The notes below the pieces were generated by a model that was not told where the DNA came from, did not search any database, and worked only from the letters and a program-made list of their open reading frames with translations. This document shows positions 1 through 8,596 of a stretch of 14,452 nt of DNA, piece after piece (the stretch's first letter is position 1; each line of letters starts with the position of its first letter). Position numbers and translations under genes: made by a program. The DNA lies in contig JBDZWC010000067.1 in NCBI GenBank assembly GCA_040256005.1, forward strand, positions 1,975 to 16,426, written 5' to 3'. This stretch comes from Deinococcaceae bacterium (lineage in GTDB: Bacteria > Deinococcota > Deinococci > Deinococcales > Trueperaceae).

Positions 1-27
1 CCATCGCGACCACCCGCGCCCGCTTCG

Positions 28-579
28 TCAACCTCGCGACGACCGCCATCTCCGCTTGATGGCCCGCACCTCGAACAGGTGTCCGGCCTCGTGCTCGACC
101 AGGTGGAACACCACCCACGCTGGTGAGCAGGCGTAGTCAACGCCCGCCGGCGCGCGCACCCTGTGCCACTCGTCCTTGCCCATGGGTCCGATGAGGTCGA
201 GGAACCGCTGGCGCACGAAACGCAGCCGCTCGAGGTGCTCGGCCATGGGCATACCCGGCACGTGGGTCAATCGGCCGTCTGGTGTGCGGTGATCGTGCGG
301 GAGGTACGCCAGTACGTCGTCAGGGTAGGGCTGCATCAGGATGTCGTCGAACAGCCACGACGTCTCGATCAGAGCGATGTGATAGAGCAGCGACCCGATC
401 GAGTTGTCGTCCCCAGAAGGGCCGCGCCAGTCGAGCAGCTCGGGTGCCAGGTCCTCCACCTCGTCGATGAGGCCACCTCGGACCTCCTGCATCGCCCACA
501 ACCAGCGACCGACCTCGGAATGTGACCCGAGAAGCGGTTCCATCGTCCTCACGTCCCTGCCAGGGAACTCCGTACTCAA
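28..579 (-). CDS. DinB/YfiT superfamily protein (four-helix bundle, putative metal-dependent thiol transferase)
   Basis: 183-aa ORF with the DinB pattern SIGSLLYHIALIE...W and C-terminal WVVFHLVEHEAGH (three-His metal site). TTG start has a strong SD (GGAGGTG) just upstream. Confidence 0.85.
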   Translation of the reverse strand: MSTEFPGRDVRTMEPLLGSHSEVGRWLWAMQEVRGGLIDEVEDLAPELLDWRGPSGDDNSIGSLLYHIALIETSWLFDDILMQPYPDDVLAYLPHDHRTPDGRLTHVPGMPMAEHLERLRFVRQRFLDLIGPMGKDEWHRVRAPAGVDYACSPAWVVFHLVEHEAGHLFEVRAIKRRWRSSRG

Positions 580-639
580 CCTTCACCTCCAGGCGGCGCG
601 GCGCTGCCGCTGCCTGCCAGCCCCCATCGAGCTGTCGAC

Positions 640-3030
<2,391 letters not shown>

Positions 3031-3071
3031 CTGGTCTCCCTGGATGGCGTTGTAAGTGAGTGGGCTGCGGT

Positions 3072-3470
3072 TCAGGTCACGCGCTGCAAGGTCATCTCGA
3101 AGTCGGGCTGCCAGCTCGCACCGGAGTCGTGTGACGCCTCGCCGACGAAGTGGACCTCGTCGGGGCCGACGAAGCGAGCAGTGTAGCGTTGTGAGAACGC
3201 TTCGTCTAGGTTGAGCAGCGTCCACCGGTCCTCGAAGCACTCCACCTCGAAGACCCGGGTGACGCCGCGCACGTCGAAGTAGTGGACCCGTTCCTCGGTG
3301 ATGAGTGCCAGCGCGTCCGGGAAGTCGGGACGGTCGTAGGTGAACCTCAGGAGCAGGAACGCGCCGCCCAGCACCGCTTCGTAGCGCTGCGTGCCCGTGA
3401 TCTGCTCGGGGACAGCGACGTGGCTCATGGTCAGTCGCCACTCCCCGAGCAGTCGCTTCAGGACCGACAT
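3072..3470 (-). CDS. small hypothetical beta-rich protein (DUF1579-like, tentative)
   Basis: 132-aa ORF filling the gap between VOC and uvrA. LLGEW near the N-terminus, LGGAFLL, HYFDVRG and a terminal W..DFEMTLQR resemble DUF1579/lipocalin-like barrels. Confidence 0.7.
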   Translation of the reverse strand: MSVLKRLLGEWRLTMSHVAVPEQITGTQRYEAVLGGAFLLLRFTYDRPDFPDALALITEERVHYFDVRGVTRVFEVECFEDRWTLLNLDEAFSQRYTARFVGPDEVHFVGEASHDSGASWQPDFEMTLQRVT

Positions 3471-3485
3471 CGGTCCAGGTTAGAC

Positions 3486-3881
3486 CTACCGGGCTCCCTT
3501 GAGCTGGGATATCTGGATCAGGTTCCCGCAGGTGTCGTCGAGGATCGCGATGGTGGAGCCGGGCACGTCCGTCGGGGGCATCGTGAACCGGGCGCCGCGC
3601 GCTTGCATGCGCTCGTGGTCCGCGCGCACGTCGTCGGTGAAGAACATCGCGGCAGGCTGGTTCTGGGAGAACCTCGCCTCCTGGAAAGCCTTCGCGGCCG
3701 CGTCGACGTTGGCCTCGAGGTGCAACTGGGTTCCGTCCGGGTCTTCCGGAGACACCACGGTAAGCCAGCGGTAAGGACCGTTGCTGACGTCGGCCTTCTT
3801 CTGGAAGCCGAGCACGTCCGTGTAGAAGCTCAGCGCCTTGTCCAAGTCGTCGACGTAGATGCTCGTGAGTCCGATCTTCAT
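3486..3881 (-). CDS. VOC family (glyoxalase/bleomycin-resistance) protein
   Basis: SIYVDDLDKALSFYTDVLGF, RWLTV and DDTCGNLIQI are typical VOC motifs. A purine-rich SD-like AGAAGGGA lies upstream. Confidence 0.9.
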   Translation of the reverse strand: MKIGLTSIYVDDLDKALSFYTDVLGFQKKADVSNGPYRWLTVVSPEDPDGTQLHLEANVDAAAKAFQEARFSQNQPAAMFFTDDVRADHERMQARGARFTMPPTDVPGSTIAILDDTCGNLIQISQLKGAR

Positions 3882-4021
3882 GTCTCGTTCCCTTCTCTGC
3901 CGGCGTGTAACCGGCGAGTCGTCCCCTCACCCGCACCCGTGGGCCGTGCGCGGGCCATGCTTGGCGGCGGCCCAACGGGGCTGCCGGTCTTCAACGAGCC
4001 GTGGCTAGCTCACGGCGGTGC

Positions 4022-4462
4022 TCAGCTGACTGCTTTCCGTATGAGCTCTGCGACCCTCTGCTCGTTGGCAGTGTCGAGCTCCTTGATCGCATACGAGGTG
4101 GGCCACATCGTGCCCTCGTCGAGGTTCGCCGGGTCCTCGAACGCGAGCGTCGCGTAGCGCGACTGCCACTTCGAGGCGGCCTGGAAGAACACGACGACCT
4201 TGCCGTCGTCGTTGGCGTAGGCGGGCATGCCGTACATGGTCTTGGGCGTCAGGTGGGGAGCCACCGCACGGACTATGGCGTGGATCTTCTCGGCCATCGT
4301 GCGGTCCGCGTCCGGCATCTCGGCGATGCGATCGAAGAGCTCCTTCTCCATCTTGGCCTTGCCCTTGAGCTTGCCAGCCTCCGCCTCCAGCGCCAGTTCC
4401 TTGGCGCGGTCCTGCATGGCTTTGCGCTCGGCAGCCGAGAAGCCGGTGTAGTCCTTGGCCAT
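4022..4462 (-). CDS. DUF1801 (YdhG-like) domain protein
   Basis: GFSAAERKAMQDRAKEL, IAEMPDADR, PKTMYGMPAYA, VVVFFQAASK..SRYATLAF and MWPTSYA match the family. The start overlaps the upstream VOC stop by 1 nt (TGATG at 4464-4460). Confidence 0.8.
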   Translation of the reverse strand: MAKDYTGFSAAERKAMQDRAKELALEAEAGKLKGKAKMEKELFDRIAEMPDADRTMAEKIHAIVRAVAPHLTPKTMYGMPAYANDDGKVVVFFQAASKWQSRYATLAFEDPANLDEGTMWPTSYAIKELDTANEQRVAELIRKAVS

Positions 4463-4872
4463 CAGCGGCGCTCCTGGATCCGGACCATGTTCCCGGCCGG
4501 GTCGCGGAACGCGCAGTCCCTGACGCCGTACGGCTGGTCGGTGGGCTCCTGGACCACCTCGCCCCCGCTGGCCTCCAGCCGGGCGAACACCGCCTCCAGG
4601 TCCTCGGCGGCGAGGTTGATGGAGGCGAACGTGCCCTTGGCCATCATCTCGGCCACCATCCGGCGCTCGTCCTCGGTGAGACCTGGGGTGGCCTCGGGCG
4701 GGTAGAGGACGATCGAGGTCTCCGGCTGGCCAGCCGGCCCGACGGTGATCCAGTGCATGCCCTGGTACTCGACGTCGTTGCGCACCTCGAAGCCGAGGCC
4801 GTCGCGATAGAAGCGGACGGCGGCCTCTGGGTCGTCCTGCGGCAGCATCGCGGAATGGATCGTGATGTTCAT
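4462..4872 (-). CDS. VOC family (glyoxalase/bleomycin-resistance) protein
   Basis: DDPEAAVRFYRDGLGFEVRNDV, WITVGP and QEPTDQPYGVRDCAFRDPAGNMVRI are typical VOC motifs. Confidence 0.92.
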   Translation of the reverse strand: MNITIHSAMLPQDDPEAAVRFYRDGLGFEVRNDVEYQGMHWITVGPAGQPETSIVLYPPEATPGLTEDERRMVAEMMAKGTFASINLAAEDLEAVFARLEASGGEVVQEPTDQPYGVRDCAFRDPAGNMVRIQERR

Positions 4873-4878
4873 GCCGAG

Positions 4879-4924
4879 ACTATAGAAGGGCCCGTCCGCG
4901 TGGCGCTTCTCGATTCCTGACCAG
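4879..4924 (-). promoter_or_regulatory. probable leaderless promoter of the VOC-uvrA block, with a candidate AraC activator site over the -35
   Basis: -10 TATAGT (4884-4879) lies 6 nt before ATG 4872 and there is no SD. There is no consensus -35; CTGGTCAGGAATCGAGAAGCG (4924-4904) overlaps that position instead. Confidence 0.6.
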
Positions 4925-4950
4925 TTGCTCGAGAGCCTCGCTTCGGGTGC

Positions 4951-5391
4951 TTACGGCTCCCAGCCCGGCAGCTTGGCGGCCTGCTCCACCCAGCTGGCGA
5001 ACTGCTTCTCGTCCACCCCTTCGTCCTCGAACACGTGGTAGTAGCGCTCTGTCTCGTGCTTCGAACCCACCGGCGGCATGGGCTCGAGCGAAGTGCCTTT
5101 GAAGAACGTCACCTTCACGTACTTCGTGTAGACGTGGAAGAGCAGGATCCAGCCCTGACCCGGGACGCCGTAGATGGGAGAGTTCCACCGCACGCCCTTG
5201 CGGAGGTCCGGCACGGTCTTCTCGATGATCTCGTCGAGCTTGCGGCCCACGTCGCGCTTCCAGCCCGGCATCGCCTCGATATAGGTCTGGACCGGGCCGT
5301 CACCGTCGCCCTTGGGAACCTGAGGGTTGCCGCCCGCGAGCAGTTTGGGCTTGCCTTCTTCCGCCATGCCTTGGTCCTTGTTGCGTGCCAC
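4951..5391 (-). CDS. DUF1801 domain protein
   Basis: PKLLAGGNPQVPKGDGDGPVQTYIEAMPGWK, VRWNSPIYG, KYVKVTFFKGTSLEP and SWVEQAAKLPGW match the family. Start is GTG 5391 or ATG 5367. Confidence 0.85.
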   Translation of the reverse strand: MARNKDQGMAEEGKPKLLAGGNPQVPKGDGDGPVQTYIEAMPGWKRDVGRKLDEIIEKTVPDLRKGVRWNSPIYGVPGQGWILLFHVYTKYVKVTFFKGTSLEPMPPVGSKHETERYYHVFEDEGVDEKQFASWVEQAAKLPGWEP

Positions 5392-5397
5392 CCGGGT

Positions 5398-5847
5398 TCA
5401 GCTCCGTCCCGCGGGAACCGCGCCCACTGGCTCGCGGCTCCTGACCGGCCTGGTCACCTGCTTAGCCACGCACGGCGGCATGCCCATGGTCGCGCCCGCA
5501 TAGCGCTCCTTGTAGAGGCTGGGCGGCACGCCCACCAGCTCCGTGAAGCGAGTGCTGAACGTGCCCAAGGACGAGCACCCCACCTCGAAGCACACGTCGG
5601 TGACGCTCATGTCGCCTATCCGCAGCAGCGCCATCGCCCGCTCGATGCGCCGCGTCATCAGGTACGAGTACGGGGACTCGCCATAGGCGGCTTTGAACTG
5701 GCGGCTGAGGTGCCCCGCCGACATGTTCACGCCACGAGCCAACGCCTCCACGTCCAAGGGCCTTGCGAACTCGCGATCCATGCGGTCCCGCACCCGCCGG
5801 AGGCGGGCGAGGTCCTTGAGGTTGGAGGCCGACGACGTGCCCGACAT
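5398..5847 (-). CDS. stand-alone AraC-family HTH transcriptional regulator (149 aa)
   Basis: LDVEALARGVNMSAGHLSRQFKAAYGESP...RRIERAMALL...SVTDVCFEVGCSSLGTFSTRFTELVGVPPS is the AraC double HTH, with no N-terminal sensor domain. ATG 5847 is preferred because TGGCACCAT ends 7 nt upstream. The ORF track start is 5889. Confidence 0.92.
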   Translation of the reverse strand: MSGTSSASNLKDLARLRRVRDRMDREFARPLDVEALARGVNMSAGHLSRQFKAAYGESPYSYLMTRRIERAMALLRIGDMSVTDVCFEVGCSSLGTFSTRFTELVGVPPSLYKERYAGATMGMPPCVAKQVTRPVRSREPVGAVPAGRS

Positions 5848-5929
5848 GGGCGCGATGGTGCCACGTGGAGCTAGCGCTGTCCACCGCACGGATTACGTGT
5901 TGGGCACCGGGCAGGCCCTGTTCCGGTGG

Positions 5930-6283
5930 CTAACCGTCCAACGCTCTCAGCCACTCGGCGCGGTCGCGCGCGAAGGTGACGAGGCCGCCGCGGTTGCTCT
6001 CGCGGATGAACGCCTGGAGGCTCTCACTGCCTCGCACCTCGAAGTCGCCGATGATCGCCAAGCGCAAACGGTAGTTGCTGAACTTCTGCAGGACGGCCCC
6101 GGCCAGGCCTGTGCTCAGGTCGAAGAACTCCTCTGGGAGCGCGTCCGCGGCCAGCAGGACCACGTCCGCGGCCTGGAAGCCGGCGTTGCCCACCAGGTCA
6201 GTAGCGTCGCGCTCCGAATCGATATGGCCCTCCACCAGCTCCGCGACGGTAACGTCGCCGGCCACGAAGGTCTCCAGCCTCAC
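5930..6283 (-). CDS. DUF4180 domain protein
   Basis: LPEEFFDLSTGLAGAVLQKFSNYRLRLAIIGDF...SESLQAFIRESNRG is the DUF4180 signature. Confidence 0.88.
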   Translation of the reverse strand: MRLETFVAGDVTVAELVEGHIDSERDATDLVGNAGFQAADVVLLAADALPEEFFDLSTGLAGAVLQKFSNYRLRLAIIGDFEVRGSESLQAFIRESNRGGLVTFARDRAEWLRALDG

Positions 6284-6312
6284 CGCGGCCCGGCCCCAAG
6301 GACGTCTGACAT
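6280..6312 (-). CDS. possible 10-aa leaderless uORF (MSDVLGAGPR) coupled to DUF4180
   Basis: TAGGCT (6325-6320) is followed by 7 nt and ATG 6312. Its TGA (6282-6280) overlaps the DUF4180 GTG start (GTGA). Confidence 0.3.
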   Translation of the reverse strand: MSDVLGAGPR

Positions 6313-6319
6313 GCGGCGC

Positions 6320-6350
6320 AGCCTAACCGGAGCGGTGGTTGCCTTAGCAT
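6320..6350. promoter_or_regulatory. back-to-back divergent -10 elements
   Basis: Minus-strand TAGGCT (6325-6320) and plus-strand TAGCAT (6345-6350) both fit TANNNT and sit where the two gene blocks diverge. Confidence 0.45.
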
Positions 6351-6356
6351 GGTGGC

Positions 6357-6538
6357 CGGGCGACCTCGCGCGCCCTACCCCTGACCAGGCGCCCCGCGCG
6401 CGCCGACGGTCCACGAGGGATCTTCAGGGGCGAAGGTGGCACGGATGCCATCGCGGGAGACCTCTTACCAACACCACCCGGACACGCGGTGGCATGGGCG
6501 AGGCGCGGGGTAGCCCGCCGCTGCGGGACAGGGTTGGC
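6357..6538 (+). ncRNA. candidate structured 5' leader / cis-regulatory RNA of unknown class
   Basis: About 180 nt between TAGCAT and ATG 6539. Stems: CGCCCC 6390-6395 with GGGGCG 6427-6432; GGTGGCA-CGGA-TGCCATC 6435-6452; CCACC 6474-6478 with GGTGG 6488-6492; CCCGC-CGCT-GCGGG 6514-6527; CCAAC 6468-6472 with GTTGG 6533-6537. Confidence 0.4.
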
Positions 6539-7693
6539 ATGACCAAGCAGAGGTCACTCAAGAAACTCGTGCGCGAGCGCATGCGACGCACGGGCGAGAC
6601 GTACACCACCGCACACCGCGTCATCACCTCCAGACGACCCGAGAGCCGCCCACCCGGGCTCATACCGTCTTACCCGGAGCCCGGGTATGCCGTTCACAGG
6701 GAGTCGGCATTGGTTCAGAGGCTCTTGGCTTCTGCCGGGCTCGAGCTCTCAGAGGCGATGGTCTGCGGTCTGGGCGGAGGGATCGGCTTCATGTACGCGG
6801 TCTTCGACTACAAGCCCCTGCCCCATCCGCTGCTTACGTTCGTAGCGCAGCATCACCCGCGTCCGTGGGTCGAGCAGGTGGCCGAGAGCCTCCACTTGCA
6901 TCTCAGCAGCGTGGCCTCGTCGAGCGCCAAGGCGGCGCTGGCGAAGCTAGACGCGGTGCTCGACTCCGGCCAGCCGGCGTTGATCACGGTGGGCCGAGGC
7001 GGCCTGCCGTGGTTCTCGGACATGAGCCCGGTCGAGGCAGCGGACCCGTACAACATCGCCGTCGTGGGCAAGCGCGGTGAGGACTACCTGATCGACGACT
7101 GCAGCGAGACCGTGCAGACAGCAACTGCGGACGCCCTGGCCGGCGCCTGGGGCATGTACCGGAAGGGTCGCTACGCCGTCCAGACGCTGGCTGAGCCCAG
7201 CGACGGACGCGCGGACATGACGGACGCGCTGCGGGCGGCGATCGGTACGACCGCGGCGCACATGACGGGACCGGTGCTAGGCAACTCCTTCGACGTCAAC
7301 TTCGGCCTCAGCGGCATCGCGAAGTGGGCAGACGAGCTGACGGACCTGCGCACGAAGAAGGGGTGGCATGCGCGTTTCGGTGCTGAGCCGGGCTTCGAGC
7401 ACGCGATGACCAGGGTCGCCGAGTGCTTCACCCACGCCTACAGCGCGCCAGGAGCCACCCGTCCGATCTACGCCCGCTTCCTCGAGGAGGCGGCGTCGGT
7501 GTCCTCGCTGCCACTGGCACCGGCCGCCGGGATCGCGGCCGAGAGCGGCGCGCTCTGGGAGCAGGTCGTAGAGGTAGCCGCGCAGGCGAATGACCCAGTC
7601 ACGGCGTTCGCCGCGATCGGCGACCTCGCCCGCCGACTGCATGGAGTGGAGTCACGGCTCGCCGGGGCGCTCGGGCGAGCGGTAGAGGCGTAG
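6539..7693 (+). CDS. BtrH N-terminal (papain/NlpC-P60-like) plus DUF4872-like protein with a basic N-terminal helical module, 384 aa
   Basis: LSEAMVCGLGGGIGFMY..F, LDSGQPALITV, LPW, VVG and GL.GI.KWADEL, then GATRPIYARFLEEA and ESGALW, match BtrH_N/DUF4872 proteins. Start reassigned from 5693 to ATG 6539 (MTKQRSLKKLVRERMRRTGETYTTA). Confidence 0.75.
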   Translation: MTKQRSLKKLVRERMRRTGETYTTAHRVITSRRPESRPPGLIPSYPEPGYAVHRESALVQRLLASAGLELSEAMVCGLGGGIGFMYAVFDYKPLPHPLLTFVAQHHPRPWVEQVAESLHLHLSSVASSSAKAALAKLDAVLDSGQPALITVGRGGLPWFSDMSPVEAADPYNIAVVGKRGEDYLIDDCSETVQTATADALAGAWGMYRKGRYAVQTLAEPSDGRADMTDALRAAIGTTAAHMTGPVLGNSFDVNFGLSGIAKWADELTDLRTKKGWHARFGAEPGFEHAMTRVAECFTHAYSAPGATRPIYARFLEEAASVSSLPLAPAAGIAAESGALWEQVVEVAAQANDPVTAFAAIGDLARRLHGVESRLAGALGRAVEA

Positions 7694-7776
7694 GACGCTG
7701 ACCGGGCCGGCGGCCGACGTGGCAGGGTCACGACCGCGGCGGCCGCCGGCCGAGCGAAGGGCTAAGCTCCGAAGCG

Positions 7777-8571
7777 GTGACAGATGTGAACAGCGCAGTA
7801 GCCGCCCCGGAACCGGGCGCCACGCCCAAGGCAACGACGCAGGAGCAGCTCGCGACCAACCTCGCTTCGATTCGTGCGCGGATCGAAGCGGCGTGCCGCC
7901 GCGTGGGCCGCGACCCGGCCGAGGTGGAGCTGCTGCCCGTCAGCAAGACCGTGCCGGCCGAGGTCCTGCGCCTCGCCTACGCCGCAGGGACCAGGAAGCT
8001 GGGAGAGAACAAGGTGCAGGAGGCCAGGGAGAAAGCCGAGGAACTCTCCGACCTAGCCGACCTCCGCTGGGCGGTGATCGGCAACCTGCAGACGAACAAG
8101 GCCAAGTACGTGGCACGCTTCGCTCACGAGTTCCACGCGCTCGACCGTCTGAAGGTGGCGGAGGAGCTCGACAGGCGGTTGCAGCGGGAAGGGAGGGGCT
8201 TAGACGTATACGTGCAGGTCAACAGTTCCGGTGAAGCCAGCAAGTTCGGCCTGGCTCCCGAGGACGTCCTCGCCTTCGTCAAGGAGCTACCAGCCTTCAC
8301 GGCTCTCCGTGTGCGGGGCCTCATGACGCTGGCGCTCTTCGCTGCCGACATGGAGCGCGTCCGGCCCTGCTTCGTGACGATGCGCCAGCTGCAGGCGCGG
8401 CTACGGCAGGAGGCCCCGGCAGGGCTGTCTTTCGACGAGCTGTCCATGGGCATGTCGGGGGACTTCGAGGTGGCCATCGAGGAGGGGGCGACCGTCGTGC
8501 GCGTCGGCCAGTCCATCTTCGGCGCCCGTTCGCTGCCCGACAGTCACTACTGGCCTGGCGCCGGCAAGTGA
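7777..8571 (+). CDS. yggS: YggS/PLPBP family pyridoxal phosphate homeostasis protein
   Basis: LLPVSKT (PLP-binding Lys), GENKVQE, IGNLQTNK, VQVN..GE.SKFG, GLMT and LSMGMSGDFEVAIEEGATVVRVGQSIFG. Exact start is uncertain (GTG 7777 or 7786). Confidence 0.95.
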   Translation: MTDVNSAVAAPEPGATPKATTQEQLATNLASIRARIEAACRRVGRDPAEVELLPVSKTVPAEVLRLAYAAGTRKLGENKVQEAREKAEELSDLADLRWAVIGNLQTNKAKYVARFAHEFHALDRLKVAEELDRRLQREGRGLDVYVQVNSSGEASKFGLAPEDVLAFVKELPAFTALRVRGLMTLALFAADMERVRPCFVTMRQLQARLRQEAPAGLSFDELSMGMSGDFEVAIEEGATVVRVGQSIFGARSLPDSHYWPGAGK

Positions 8572-8596
8572 CCGCCGGGGAGGCGGGCTGTACTCC

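Noticed and set aside
590..625. GC hairpin between uvrA and dinB as an intrinsic terminator
   Set aside because: The stem is imperfect on the transcribed strand and has no U-tract. It is expected by chance at this GC content.
3031..3975. 315-aa N-terminal extension of UvrA in the 1111-aa ORF
   Set aside because: It is Arg/Gly/Pro-rich off-frame translation over two real same-strand genes (3072-3470 and 3486-3881). UvrA similarity starts just after ATG 3030, which has its own SD.
4880..5188. 102-aa ORF ending in LVRNREAPRGRALL as a separate gene
   Set aside because: It overlaps DUF1801 in another frame. Only its last codons are informative, and these are treated as a DNA motif in the findings.
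5693..6538. N-terminal 282 aa of the 666-aa plus-strand ORF
   Set aside because: It is antisense to araC and DUF4180 and runs through the intergenic region. Protein-like sequence begins at ATG 6539, and stop-free shadow frames are common at high GC.
6357..6538. tRNA, known riboswitch (TPP, cobalamin, SAM, FMN) or IS end in the long intergenic region
   Set aside because: I see no T-loop or cloverleaf, none of the hallmark riboswitch consensus strings, and no terminal inverted repeats or transposase. The region is kept only as an unknown structured leader.
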